This document shows, one piece after another, positions 24,600 through 39,167 of a stretch of DNA of 64,000 nucleotides. The DNA lies in the NCBI RefSeq assembly GCF_009914755.1, contig NC_060945.1. One strand, given 5' to 3'. The notes below the pieces were generated by a model. It was given only the letters and a program-made list of their open reading frames with translations, was not told the origin of the DNA and did not search any database. Position 1 is the stretch's first letter; each line of letters starts with the position of its first letter. The position numbers and the translations under genes were made by a program. This DNA is from the human T2T-CHM13v2.0 reference genome, Homo sapiens.

Positions 24600-25120
24600 T
24601 ATCTTCCTTTTAGGTGCTTTGGGCATTTTAAATTGATCATATAGTGCATGGCATGCAGCATTAGAACAAAATTAGAATAGATTTGAATATTAAGCAAAGG
24701 GACTGGAGCAGAGGCCCAGATATCACCACTGGAGGCATCAAAGGGATAAAACTGTACTTCATCTCCTCCACAGGAGCATGCAAGCGTTTGTGGTTGTAGG
24801 TGGGTGCCTCTGTACTCTCTCCCAAACAGCAATCCTTTCTGCTGTTACAAAATGCAACTATTCCTTTTGGGGACTTCCAAGTCCTTTATGGTCAGTCCAT
24901 ATGTTGTGATTGCACTGACCACAAAGGTGATCATAGGAAAGCGTATAACTGAGGATAGACCAAATAAATTCAGTCTTATGATTTTATCTGGTATAATCAG
25001 AAGAGAGGAAGACTTTTTCACTGGAGATGGCAAGATAGTGGAGTACATATATGGTGTTTCCAGCGACTATTTTTACTACTATATGTAAAGAGACATCTGT
25101 TAATGAAATCAGTAGATCTA
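24600..25120 (-). mobile_element. Ancient CR1/L3-like LINE reverse-transcriptase remnant
   Basis: Minus-strand peptides LISLTDVSLHIVVKI, TYGLTIKDLEVPKR and SSGDIWASAPVPLLNI resemble PVSLTS..KI, YLDF.KAFD.VPH and SGVPQGS.LGPLLFNI; the last two are ~150 nt apart as expected. Confidence 0.45.
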
Positions 25121-26129
25121 AAAGATAATGAAAGACATTGCTGAGGATATTATTTGAGCATCTGGACTTGGTGCTTTCTAAGTCATTCTTCCCTGAATTT
25201 TCAGTTGATTGTGACAAGAGTTCAAATTTGAGTTAAGTTTCCATCGTTTAATCAAGAAAGAGTCTTGATTAATACAGATATAAAGATAAAATAGAAGAGA
25301 AATGAACGGTATCCAAACAGGCTAAAGTGATAGAATAGTGGCTTCATGGCATTGTTTCTGTAAGTAACAGCTGACCAACAATTGTTATGGTTCTATATTA
25401 TTTGTGGTTATACACAAGATAGTTTGAGTTTGGCATTTGGAAAAAGTTTTCCCTTTTACAATTTGAAAAAAGAAAGTATTTATTTAAACACCAAATAGTA
25501 GACTTTATTAAACCATATGACCAACTCACTCATCAACCTCTTTACCTGACCTTTTTAGATAACTTCTCCCTCCCTAATTTTCAGAGCACCCACATTACTT
25601 AAATTGCTGTTGCAAGAACTGATAATTGTGGAGGTTATTGGTTATTGGTTTAGGAAGAGAAACTGAATAAATCTGAGCTGATTATTTCTCCTTCTGCAAA
25701 GTACGTCCTTCTGGTCAATCCTATTTATTCAATAATTGGCTCCCAGCTGAAGTTGAAGATCCTTTCAAAGGAATTTAAAACTTGGAATTAGGGAGAGAAA
25801 ATTATTTGGGGGGTATAGTTGCACTGAAATATCTACATCTTATGTGTTTTTGGTTGCCTTATTCTAATGTGTAGAGAGATAGGTTGAGAAGAATGGAACA
25901 AATTGCAGAGACATCCCAAAGAAAGGCTATGATGACCTCCTTGTTTCCCCACAAGATCTAGGTCTCCAGTTGTATTCCTGAGGCCCTGAATGGGATTTCC
26001 TAAAACACTTCACCATCCTTTTAATAAATTTATTTTTCTGCTTAAGTTTTAGTGAAGTTTATTTTATTTCAACCAAAAATAGTCCTAATCGTAGGACAAT
26101 TTACCATGTGTCAGTAAAGCATAAGATGC

Positions 26130-26700
26130 AGTAAGCTGATAGATATAAATAGTGGCATAAAAACTCTGTCTCAATAAAAGCATTTGATCAGATTTGTCAT
26201 GATGTTTTTATAAACAAGAGGAGAAATTGGGATGATTTAAATCAGGGACTGTTCTTACCATTTCTGTGACAGTGAGTAAACGATGCTGGTTAATGATGCC
26301 AACTTTTTGATAGTTTACAGCCTTATGTTACTGGGTTGCACTCTCAACTTTGTCTCAACAGTTTTTAGCTTAATAACTTGAGTGAGGATATTGATAGCAC
26401 GTTCATCGAAATCAAACATAACAACAAATGGGAGGTTAGTAGAATTTTTATTTTTTTTAAAAAAATAGCATACTGAACAGTATATTAAAATTTGAGATAA
26501 TTATAAACCCTTTAATTATAACAAAAAAATCCCCAAGACAAATACAAGATAGGAATAGATGAATCTAAATAGCAGAATATGTAAAATAGTATTGATCATT
26601 TTGAATAAAATTAAGCTCACTTACTTCAGCAATATGATAAAACTATTAGAAATGCTCAAGCAGTGTTCAGCACTATTGATAAATGTATTGTGCCCAGGAT
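26130..26700 (+). mobile_element. L3 (CR1) fragment
   Basis: aaagcatttgatcagatttgtcatgat (KAFD..H motif), then aataacttgagtgaggatattgatagcacgttcatcgaa (INDLD..I..LIK). Confidence 0.6.
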
Positions 26701-26919
26701 AATGTCATAGTTAGAAGATAAATGAAAAGAGTCTTTAAGTAATAGCCTAATATAGTGGAATATATGTTGAGAATAATCATCTGGTTTATGAATTTGTAGT
26801 AAATATTGCATGTTTAGAACCAACCATTGAAATATTAGGATTGGTTATTGCGATAGTACAAATACTAAAAGAAAGTTGTAGAAGGAAGACCTAAATGTGG
26901 GTAAACTTCGTTAGCTGAA

Positions 26920-27024
26920 TTTTTTTTATTATACTTTAAGTTCTGGGGTACATATGCAGAACGTGCAGGTTTGTTACATAGGTATACGCGTGCCATAGTG
27001 GTTTGCTGCACCCATCAACCTGTT
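26920..27024 (-). mobile_element. L1PA (PA7/8-like) extreme 3' fragment, ~105 bp
   Basis: ttattatactttaagttctggggtacat...gtttgctgcacccatcaacc. Confidence 0.9.
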
Positions 27025-27989
27025 CATGTACAAAATGTATAATTACATATCTGGCCTATTTACTCACTTACACCATTGAGCCCTACTATAATGATTGCAA
27101 GTTCATTTTAAAAAACCTAATCTAAAATGACAAAGGGAGAAGATATCAGTAAAATAACATAATACAGCTTTGAAAGATGGGGACATTTAATAGAGGGAGT
27201 AGTTAAAATCTAAGACCTACAAGAAGGATCTACAGGAACAGGCTACACATGGTACCTACCCAATTTTCCCCCTAAATCCCTAAGAGGCTCCAGACTTCAA
27301 CTGTCAGGTGGACCAGTGAGGTGAAATGGAATTAGAATGGAAGACAGACAGGAAATGTGTCAAATTTATGTTAAAAAACAAACCAGTGCATGCCTACGCC
27401 TAGCCACCTCTTCCTCACAGTTGGATGATAATCTTTTCATCTAACCTGAAGATTTTTGCTGTTTTCAATTAATGATTAATGAATTAGTTAATTTAATGCA
27501 TTTGTCAAGCTATGGAGAAGGTGACAGCAGAATGAAAATATAAATCTTGCTGCTATGGGTCTGGACACAAGGCAATTAAATTCAAGTTTACAAACAAAAC
27601 TTTGGAAGCTTTTGCCACCTTCTCTGCAAGAGAGATTGATACATACTATCTCCATTACACAAACTGGAAAAAGGTCTCTCACCTTTTTCTCATTAATGTA
27701 CTATCATTAATGTATTATCATTAATGTACTATCTCTCATTACACAAGCTGGAAAAAGAAACCAGAAGAAGCATTCTTGGAAAATAAAGTTATAACATGGA
27801 AAAAAAGGAACCATGGTGGTGTGCTACGTGCGTATAAACAATATGTGCATAGTCATGATATTCTAAACGTTAATTCAACCATTGATTATGATATTGGTAT
27901 AAAAGAACAATGAAAGTTGGGAAATTGAATTGAAAGTACTTTAAGTTTTAGCTTTTTTTACATCTCCACCTTACCACATACAAATATTT

Positions 27990-30260
27990 TCTCTTCCCCA
28001 TACTCCTAGTATAAACATACTATAAGGTTTGTCCAATACTTATTGTTTAAATAATTATGGCTACCTAAATATGTTTATTACCAAGTTGCTAATGTACTTC
28101 CATTCTTATTTATTGCTTTTGTTTTACTGGTGTTATCAATTTTGCTTATTTGTTTGGTTAATTTCTATTTTCTTATTACTAAATCACTTTCAAACTTTCT
28201 AATGGAATTCTAAAATGGCTAGCTTTTTCTTAGTACAGTTCAAAAATTCATATAGTACATAAATCTATAAGGTATCATTGGTTCCATTTTGTCTTCTTTC
28301 CTTGATGGTTTTCTTCTTGAAGTTTTTCATTATCATGTTCCAGACTGAGCTGGCTGATCTCCAGCTGGCCATACTGCTGTTATTCTGGGACTTCTCTTTC
28401 CCATTTATTGTGGAATTCTTTTTGTGTTTCTTCTCTGTTGGCTAACCATTTCTTGGCTATCATGTATTTGTCTTTCTTGGGTTTGTCTCTAAATTTGGTG
28501 GAGCATAACCTTCAGAATCTTCCTGAGAAAGAGTGCTTAAGAAGTAAACATTCTCAGGACTTACCTGCCTAAAAATGTCTGTACTTTGCCCTTTCCCTTA
28601 ATTGACTTTTTGGATGTGTAAACAGTTCTAGATTGAAAATCATGTAAGCCATTATTTTATTGTCAGCTTCTAGTATTGTTAAAAAACAATCATCCCAGTT
28701 TACATATTCTTGCTTTTTTCTTTATAGAGGTTCCAGTTTTATTTTTTTCCCATTGATTTTGTTAATTTGATAATTTTTTTTCCATTAAACATAAATTTTC
28801 TTAGTTCTGGAAAAAGTTATTTTATTATTCCCTTGCTATCTTTCTCTTCTTAATGTATTCAGTTTCCCTTCCTTTGGTATATCTATAGATACATCTCTTG
28901 ATTTCTCTTCTGTTTTTTTCTTTTATTTTCTCTTCAATTTTCAATTTCTATTTTCGGTGAGAGATTATTTTCTTGAGCTATGCCCCAGATGAAAATATCA
29001 CCCTGTAGTTGTAAATCTTTGCTTTTCTCTCCATATCCTAACTCTGTTGTTTTTGTTGTTTCTTATCTGATTTCATAAAGTCAGGGGCTTTGTCTCCTTT
29101 GTACTATGCCTGTTATATAATATAACTTCAAGAGCCTCAAGAGCCTTTTTTTAAGTAACATTATCTCTTAAATGTATTTCTAAATTTTTTTGGTTAAAAA
29201 TTCCCATTGTCACATTTTTAATTTCCAGTGGCTTTTTCTTTATTCTTTGAATGTTCCTTTTATAGCAACCTGTTGTTTTCCTATGGATAGAATAATACCT
29301 CTTCTCTTTTAAGGATATTATTAGGTTTTATAAGTTTCCCTTTGCTCACTTTACAGTCTAATTCTTTTCCACTGAGTTTATTTTGCTGCCTATTTGATTG
29401 AATTCAATCTTCGTGTTGTGTCCTTTCTCAATATTTGGTGATCTTGGCTTTCTGTTTATATTTAAGAGAAGGGTGAAAAAAAATACATATCTGACATGAG
29501 ACCAGTATGAATGGGCTGGGATTATGGGCTGATAAGCCTAAGGATCACCTGTTGGTAAATGGGCACTCCACTTAGATTCCCTTAAACGTCAGTATCATAT
29601 GTAATTTCTCTCGTACTAGATGTCCATATTTTTCCTGGGTTCTGAAAGCCTTATTTGGAGTTTTCTGAGGGTTCATTTGGGGAAAAAATAAAAACAAAAA
29701 AATGATAAAAAAATAAAACCTTAGATTTTCCCTAGTATATATGTAGACATTCTTAAAGTTCCCTTATCTTTAGTAGATACTTCACCCCTGCAGTTACGGG
29801 GACCTGGTAGCTCTGAGTTTAAGTCTTTATGACTAAATCTCACCAGAGAGTAAATTTCCTGCCTCAGAATAGACTGACTCAATGAGTTGGCTGAAAGTTT
29901 CCAATATTCTATTTGCTGTTTTTGCAGGCTTTTAATCATTAATCTTATTTTTTTTTTCAACCTTACCAGCACCCATTTCTGCAGAAATACTAGTTCTTTT
30001 AGTTCTGAGTTTCTTCTGGGTTTAGAGGTGCATCACTTGGCTTTTTATTGGCAGTAATGTTTCAGATTTGCCTACTCTGATAAGTCAGTATCTTCTCATC
30101 TTCCTAGTTTTCAGCTTCAAAACATTGTTGCTGTTGTTTATTTATTATTATCACTCTATATCCAATTTGCTCAGTCTTCTTTAATGGCTTACCGGAGCTT
30201 TTAGGGGTTTAGTTAAAATGAAATCATGTGTTCTTTTTGCCATTTTTTTATTGTCAGTCT
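27990..30260 (-). mobile_element. Old L1M fragments
   Basis: T-rich L1 antisense hallmarks (ttcctgagaaagagtgct, gttctagattgaaaatcat, ttctggaaaaagtta). Confidence 0.55.
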
Positions 30261-30264
30261 AAGC

Positions 30265-30827
30265 CTAGAAATACCATTTGACCCAGCCATCCCATTACTG
30301 GGTATATACCCAAAGGATTACACATCATGCTACTATAAAGACACATGCACACGTATGTTTATTGCAGCACTACTCACAGTAGCAAAGACTTGGAACCAAC
30401 CCAAATGTCCAACAATGATAGACTGGATTAAGAAAATGTGGCACATATACACCATTGAATACTATGCAGCCATAAAAATGATGAGTTCATGTCCTTTGTA
30501 GGGACATGGATGAAGCTGGAAACCATCATTCTCAGCAAGCTATCGCAAGGACAAAAAACCAAACACTGCATGTTCTCGCTCATAGGTGGGAACTGAACAA
30601 AGAGAACACGTGGACACACACCGGGGCCTGTTGTGGGGTCGGGGGAGAGGGGAGGGATAGCATTAGGAGATATACCTAATGTAAATGACGAGTTAATGGG
30701 TGCAGCACACCAACATGGCACATGTATACATATGTAACAAACCTGCACGTTGTGCACATGTACCCTAGAACTTAAAGTATAATTTTAAAAAAAGAATCAA
30801 TAAATACCAAAAATTTGAAAAAAAAAA
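30265..30827 (+). mobile_element. 5'-truncated L1PA (PA4/5-like), end of ORF2 and 3'UTR
   Basis: LEIPFDPAIPLLGIYPKDY...KTWNQPKCP; the 3'UTR ends taccctagaacttaaagtataa, followed by A tracts. Confidence 0.95.
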
Positions 30828-31641
30828 GAAATTAGAAATTAGGCTTAGGAAAAAACAGCTAAAATGCTTCAAAGTAGCTGTTTCTATAGCTAGAGACTGT
30901 GGTTATAATATTGTCCTTGATTTTATAGAAGTCTTTTAGTAAAATGTGACATCTATTTTCAAATAATATGAACATATTATTTTGATAGAAAAATTAATGA
31001 TTTAATTAAAAAACTGGTAAAAATTGTATTTTTTGAACTTTGCAAGTTGTTTTTTCATTGCAATTTTCAGACATGGTTGGACCAAAAAAAAAAAAACTTT
31101 TTTAAAAACAATTTGCTGGTTACATAAAAATCATTCCCTAATATCAATTTTTGAATAATCACATAAAAAATGAATTAGTTGCAAGGTGGTTCTAACAGAG
31201 GCAGGGATTTAAGCTTGTCAATCCTTCTTCTTCTCGGAATTATATATAGAATTTAGCAAAGAAAATTTTAATAGAATCAAGTATTTTTATTAATTATTGT
31301 GAAGTTTACACCTAGAAAGCTTAGATAATAGGAGCTCAAATCAAGCTTTCCTTGAAGTGTCTGCAGAGATATTGATACTGCATGCTTATAGTCTAATCTG
31401 AGTGTTCCAAAGAATGAAGTAACTGACCAGACTTTGGTTTCTGCATTTGAAAATTAGCAACTCACTGTAGGTTCAATACGTTTTGACAGATTGGCTTTTG
31501 TATTTTTCCCAAATATTAAAACATAGCTTGAAAAATATTGAATGATTGATTCTACTTTTAAAAGCTCAGTTAGTATGAAATGCCAGAGATTGCTGAATGT
31601 CTAAAGACATTCAAATACATTGGGGGATGGAAGAAGCCTTA

Positions 31642-31999
<358 letters not shown>

Positions 32000-32086
32000 T
32001 AGTAATGTGTGCCCAAAGACTTTTTCATGAGCAAACTAATAAACTAGACAACCAACCAACCAGACAGTCAAAAGACATACGTGTGT

Positions 32087-33320
32087 TTTATTATTATTAT
32101 TATTATTATTATACTTCAAGGTCTGGGGTACATGTGCAGAATGTGCAGGTTTGTTACATAGGTATACATGTGTCATGGTGGTTTGCTGCACCCATCAACC
32201 TGTTACCTACATTAGGTATTTCTCCTAATGCTATCCCTCCCCTAGCCCCCGACACCCCAACAGGCCCTGATATGTGATGTTCCCCTCCCTGTGTCCATGT
32301 GTTGTCATTGTTCAATTCCCACCTATGATTGAGAACATGTGGTGTTTGGTTTTCTGTTCTTGTGATAGTTTGCTGAGAATGATGCTTTCCAGCTTCATCC
32401 ATGTCCCTGCAAAGGACATGAATTCATCCTTTTTTTATGGCTGCATAGTATTCCATTTTCTTTATCCAGTCTATCATTGATGGACATTTGCATTGGTTCC
32501 AAATCTTTGCTATTGTGAATAGTGCCACAATAAACATATGTGTGCATGTGTCTTTATAATAGAATGATTTATAATCCTTTGGGTATATACCCAGTAATGA
32601 GATTACTGGGTCAAATGGTATTTCTAGTTCTACATCCTTGAGGAATCGCCACACTGTCTTCCACAATGGTTGAATTAATTTACCCTCCCACCAACAGTGT
32701 AAATTGTTCCTATTACTCCACATTCTCTCCAGCATCTGTTGTTTCCTGACTTTTTAATGATCACCATTCTGACATGAGATGGTATCTCATTGTGGTTTTG
32801 ATTTGCATTTCTTTAACGACCAGTGATAATGAGCATTTTTTCATATGTTTGTTGGCTGCATAAATGTCTTATTTTGAGAAGTGTCTGTTCATATCCTTCG
32901 CCCACTTTTTGATGGGGTTGTTATTTTCTTGTATACTTGTTTAAGTTCTATATAGATTCTGGATATTAGCCCTTTGTCAGATGGATAGATTGCAAAAATT
33001 TTCTCCCATTCTTTAGGTTGCCTGTTCACTCTGATGATAGCTTCTTTTGCTGTGCAGAAGCTCTTTAGTTTAATTAGATCCCATTTATCAATTTTGGCTT
33101 TTGTTTCCATTGCTTTTGGTGTTTTAGTCATGAAGTCTTTGCCCATGCCTATGTCCTAAATGGTATTGCCTAAGTTTTCTTCTAGTATTTTTATGGTTTT
33201 AGGACTTATGTTTAAGTCTTTAACCCATGTTGAGTTGATTTTTGTAGAAGATGTAAGGAAGGGGTCCAGTTTCAGTTTTGTGTATATGGCTAGCCAGTTT
33301 TTCCAACACCATTTATTAAA
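32087..33320 (-). mobile_element. 5'-truncated L1PA7/8-like, ~1.2 kb, with (TAT)n tail
   Basis: ORF2 C-terminus ([33 protein letters not shown]; HCWWEGKLIQPLWKTVWRFL). Confidence 0.95.
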
Positions 33321-36300
33321 CATGTTCTTTTTATTTATAATTTTATTCCTATCTCAGGAAACTGTGCTTCACATTGGCCACACGTTTTTCAGTGCAATGT
33401 GTTATGTGACTTGGTCAATATTGCCTGGTCATTAGTGAGGTCTGCATTTTCTTTTCTTCCTACTCTTCCTACTCTTCCTTCCTTCCTCTTTCTATCCTAC
33501 TTCCTGCTCTTTCTGAACATTGATTCCTTCACTTCCCATCTCTAATATTTAATGGCACAGCAGAAACAGTGAGGCTTTTATTTATATTCTTTTCAGTGAG
33601 GAGAGAAAAAACAATTCCTAACTGAAAACTTAGTAAAGTAGGAGGCCCATATAATAAGTCAAGTCTTCAAGGAATCAGAGAGAACCTAACTAATAATCTG
33701 GCCTTTCCCTTTGTTGGCGGGACCTTGCAATTTGGAAAATGGTGGCCTATTCATTCACTCAGCAAGGGTGAATACAGCACATATATAAGGTAGTGATTAT
33801 TTTAGCATTCATAGCAAATGAATATCTTGATTCCCAATAAATGCCTGGCATCTCATTTTGTATCAGTGAAATATATGTAAGACTACTTCTGAATGATACA
33901 TGATTGACTTTTTATATTTGAAAGAGTGTGGACAAGGGATTTTCTGAACACTTTGTGACATGGTTACTTTTTTAAATGGTAAATTTATGGTAATTTTCAA
34001 AATTGTGAAGAAGTCTAGAAAAAAGTAGCATTGAAATATAAAAGGATGTTCTCATTAAAACTTTGAGAAGCATATCACCTTGATTTAAAATTTAAAATGA
34101 ATTATTTAAAGTATTTCTTCAGACTCACAGACCCTATCCTCTTGCCTAATCTTATTTTAGAATTTCCTGACTTAAGTAGAAAAAGGCTGTATTTTGAACT
34201 CTGTTCAAAGGTTAGGTTTTGAAGACCTATGGTTCTTCAGGTTAAATATGATGATTATACATAATATCTATCAACATTAATTTTAGAATTTGACTTATTT
34301 TTTAAAATCTACATGGATAGATTTACTTTTGTATTGGTAAACAAAGAACCTAATTACATGTGCTTTCCCAAGTCTATGGTTTCCATATTTGATTGTTTCA
34401 TGTGAAAATGCATATTTTAAGATTCATTCTTACGTTCACAGATGTATGTAAAACTATCTTGCTTGAAAATAGTGGGAGTGTCTCAAGGCATAAATGCACG
34501 TTTGATCATCATATTTGGTCTCCATTTTAAAGATGGCATTGCTTTGTATTTACTAAGAAAACACTGTAAATGTTCAGATTATGAAAGAGACAATTTTAGT
34601 TATTTAATTAAATTAACTTCTTTAAAGAGGAAGTGAAGGGTAGATATTTTTAAAATTATTCTTTAAAAATTCTAAAACAGATTTAGCATTTGTTTAGCAT
34701 TTGTTTAAAAATTTCTAATTTTCTCAAAATATATATGAACTGAACATTTTATTAAGAAATTGTTTTAATTACTTAGAATCAGAACAGAATGCTAATAAAC
34801 AATTTACAACCTTAGAATAATATATTTAACATAATTGAGTCTTTTGTTTGTTTGTTGATTTGGTAGCTGTTAACTTTAAGGTGCAGATGGTGAAATAGAC
34901 TCTAACAGTGCTTTATTGCTCACACTGTCTCTAGAGTTTTAAGTTCCAATTGCACCTATAAAAAGGGGTAATTAGTCCTTTCTGTTTTATTGCTGTTAAG
35001 GGAAAAAAAGCTGTTTCAGTTAACTGCCAACTGGATACTATTCTAGATTAAAATCCTGGTATCAGTAACTTCTTCTCCTTTTCAAATTCCAAGTCAAGAG
35101 TTCAAAACATGTGAGAAATGTCACCTTCTTAAATATTACGGTCTATTAATTATGTCCTTGTAGTGAAGTTTATTGGTGCAATTAGTCGACAGGTAGGAAT
35201 ATCAGTCTTTATAAAATTATATGTGGTGGGGACAAGGTTAATACTAATTTCATAGGCATTAAGGATATATTTGAGTGTATTCAGAGATAAGCGAACCATG
35301 ATATTAGTAAAATGACATCTTTTGATTTGTTTAAAAGTTTGAAAATAAGAACATACTCAAAGACTATTTTTCTTCACAAATCCAGTAGTGTTGGCAGATT
35401 GAAAATGTGTAATTATAATTATTTTCCATTTAGACATGTATTATTTTGATAGCAATTTCTCAGTAATATCAAATATAATTACCCAACTCTAGAAAGTAAT
35501 TTCATTTCTCCCTACCTAGACATGTGGCTATAATATAAAAAGAATGATAAACATTTTGTTTTAATCAAAAGTACAAATTAGGTATTCTAGCTTCCAAAAT
35601 AATTTTCAAGCATGTCAAAAAAATTCATGTCAAGTATTAGCTTAATTATTTTTAACTTTAGTGTTTAGTGCCTTATAGGTAAAGTGGCTTAATTCACAGA
35701 GGCTTTGAGATATTTCTGCATAACTTTTACTATTTCAAGATGTGAAAACAAAGAATCCCAAGGAAGATATATAAATTGAAAGGATCAACATGCCACATAA
35801 CCAGTGATGGCATTAGCATTTGTTTGTGAATTATATTAATGGTTATAATTAGGATAATTTGAGCTTTTACATTAGTATAATGACAGTTTACTTGTAATGT
35901 TTTAGTCTATGTTTTAATTCCACCAACTGTGAAATGGAAGAAAATGTCAATACAAAGAACAAAGCAGAATTTGCATAGGAATGGAAACAACTACATCAAG
36001 ACAAATGAATCTTGAATTAGCTCATGAGCTGAATAATGTCATGAGTTTTTGTACTTGTAAATTTATTTTTTAAATCCATATGTAACACGAAAGATTGATA
36101 AAGACAGCTGCAATTTTAATTCAAATAAGATCAGCTATTTGGCAGAAGAGGCAGAGGAAAGAAAAATAGATACAATGATTTAAGTGAAGTGAGAAAATCA
36201 AAGACAAAGTGAAGCACAATGAAATCATCATGTAAAATACACATTAAATGTAACTTCATTCATTTTAGAAAAAAAGTTTGCTTAGTTTGCTTTTCAATGT

Positions 36301-36482
36301 GTCTAGCATAGTTTATATGTATTAAAAAGTTTTCTTAGCTATCCTTCAATGTGGACATAAGAACATTAGAGGTAAAAACAATTTTTGCTTAATTTCCTGT
36401 TTAAGGAAACTTAGTCCTGTTTTTGTGTTGGTCAGCATTATGCTATCAGCACAATCTATTTTAGGCTATGTGCTATTTTGCC

Positions 36483-36783
36483 TTTTTTTTAAGAGACAGA
36501 GTCTTACTCTGTCACCCGGGCCAGAGAGCAGTGGTGTGATTATAGCTTACTGCAGCCTGAAACTCCTGGGCTCAAATCATCCTCTCACCTCCGCTTTCTT
36601 TCTGAGTAGCTAGGACTACAGGTGCATGCCACCACACCTGGCTAATTTTTATTTATTGATTGATTTTTGGTAGAGACTAGCTCTCGCCATGTGGCCCAGG
36701 GAAGTCTCAAACTTCTGGCCTCAAGTAATTGTACCTCAGCCTCCCAAAATGCCGGGATTACAAACATGAGACACCATGCCCAG
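36483..36783 (-). mobile_element. AluJ
   Basis: Diverged Alu with J-type ctgcagcctgaaactcctgggctcaa. Confidence 0.9.
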
Positions 36784-37559
36784 AGTATTTTACCTTTTAT
36801 GACAAAATCTCCCCCTGGCATACTAATTCCTACTTGGTTTCTCTAGTCCTCATTCCCTGTTGTGCTATACCTAACCCAGCAACCACAGCTCAACTGATCA
36901 CATATCTACACTAATTATTAATAGGGGCCATCTACAAGTTGCCTGGATCTTACCTACTATCTATTGACAGATGCCTACAATACCAGCTCATTCACCTACC
37001 AGTGTTTCAGCTGGATTGTTTTCACTGAATCTGCTTGTTGTTGTCTTGTGTGAAAGGTCCGCTACAGTTAAGGGCTGCCTGCCAAGCTGTTCCTGTAGCC
37101 ACTGCTGTTAGGCTCATAAATTGCCTTCTCTGTCTTAGTGGGGGGTTTCCCACTCTATTGTTAAAAGCATGCCCCACTCCGTTGCTTGATGAAATTCAAT
37201 TTTATGGACAATATTCACTGATTCAAAAATAGTTATTGATCTCCTTTCTAAGCAGTTATAGGTGCTAATTATATAATGATGAACAAATAGACATAGTACC
37301 TGCTTACCTGAACCTTCATTTTAGTGAGCTGTATTATACACACATAAACAGATAAGTACATATGTAATTAAGATCTTAATGTCATAAAAAGATAACAACC
37401 TGGATGTTGTAATAAAGAGTATGAGAAATAACTGAATTTGAGAGGGCAGTCTCTGTAATTTAGACTTTTTGAAGAATTATCTATTATTATAATTAATACA
37501 ATTAACAATCATAATTATTATATTATTACTATTATTATTATTACAATATAATAGTTGTG

Positions 37560-37835
37560 GACATTTTATTGAAGTAAAACTCTAACAAGTGACCTTTATT
37601 GGGAGCTTAAAATATGCTACATACTCTTCTAAATGTCTTATATACATTAAATCATTTAATACAGCAAACACATCTATGAGAATGGTGATAATACCTCTGT
37701 TTTTACAAGTGAAGAAACTGCAATACAAAGATGATGTCACCTGCCTAAGGCCACACTGCTAGTGAAAGTTTGAGAGGGAATAGAGCGAAGGTCATCCAGT
37801 GCCAGTGCCCGTATTTTTACCACAATGCTATACCA
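37560..37835 (-). mobile_element. MIR
   Basis: ttttacaagtgaagaaactgcaatacaaag...cacctgcctaaggccacactgctag. Confidence 0.65.
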
Positions 37836-38767
37836 CCTGTCAAGAGGCTGAGACCCAAACCTCACCTGAGTTGAAATTTGCAAAATAATAAGAATTCTGC
37901 CAGTGTACTGTAAATAGAAGGAAAAGCACAGGAAATGACAATCACATGGATTAGATCTGGAACGTAGTGACTATGGGTGTGGGCAGAGTAGCTCAAAGTA
38001 AGGACTAAGGCATGTTCACAGGTAGCAAGGTACTCTTAGCAGGCCATTCACTTGATCCACTTTATGTCTTCCTATTTGATTTGCTTTGCTTTATTTAGCT
38101 TTGCTTAATCATTCCAAGGTTTTGCAGAGAATATTAATTGGGAGGAAGCAAGGACAAATTGTTCAAGAAGAATTAGTGTAGTTTAAGAAAAAAACAGTGA
38201 TGATCTCCACTAGGGTTGTAGCAGCAGAAATGCAGAAAGTTACGCAGAACAGAATTACATTTGAAAGAACAATATATATGTGGGACTATGTGGGAAGCTC
38301 TTATCTAATAGGTACAGATACATTAAAACTAAAATAGAAATCCTTTAGGAACATTAAATATTCTGGATTTTAAGAAAATGGGCCAATACTTTTGCTAACT
38401 GGATGAGTGTGATAGCTAACTAATACAGTTATTAATAGAGGTAACTTCTGAACCTGTTGAGAAAAAAATAAGCAAAATAATAAAAAAGTAAAGACTTATA
38501 AACATATAGATTAAGGAAAACAATAGTATAAAAATATTTTTGTAAATTTTTCTGCATGCTTATATTATAAAATAAACGTTAAAAATATTAAAACTTACAG
38601 ACGTAATTAATAGCAAGAGGTTTAAATAATTAATCATTCCAGATTCACTTGACAGATTTAAATATAATCACAGAATTAGTGGGGGAAAGAAATGGAGTAG
38701 CTGTCACATACTTGAACACTGAGAAAGCATTTTATACAAACTTTAGAAGTTTTACTTGCACAATTAA

Positions 38768-39167
38768 TGCAATAGACTGAATGTGTACCCCTCATCCCCA
38801 ATATTCATATGTTGAGCCCTATCCCCCATTGTGATGGTATTTGGAGATAGGGTCTTTGGGAGAATATTAGATTTAGATGAGGTCATGAAAATGGGCCCTC
38901 ACAATAATAAAGAATGGGTGCCCTTATAAGGGATAAGCACACTTATGAGAGGAGGAAGAAACAATATGGCTGGCTGTCTCTGCCATTTGAGGACACAGTG
39001 AGAAGGATGTCATCTCCAAGCTGGAAAGGGAGCACTAACCAGAACCCAACCATAATGGCCACCTGATCTCTGACTTCCAGCCTTCAGAATTGTGAGAAAA
39101 TAAATCTCTGTTGCTAAAGTCACCCAGTCTACAGTATTTTGTTATGACAGCCCAAGCTAATTGAAAC
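38768..39167 (+). mobile_element. MLT1A/A0 MaLR solo LTR
   Basis: tgcaatagactgaatgtgt...attcatatgttga...gacttccagccttcagaattgtgagaaaataaat...gttatgacagccc. Confidence 0.88.
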
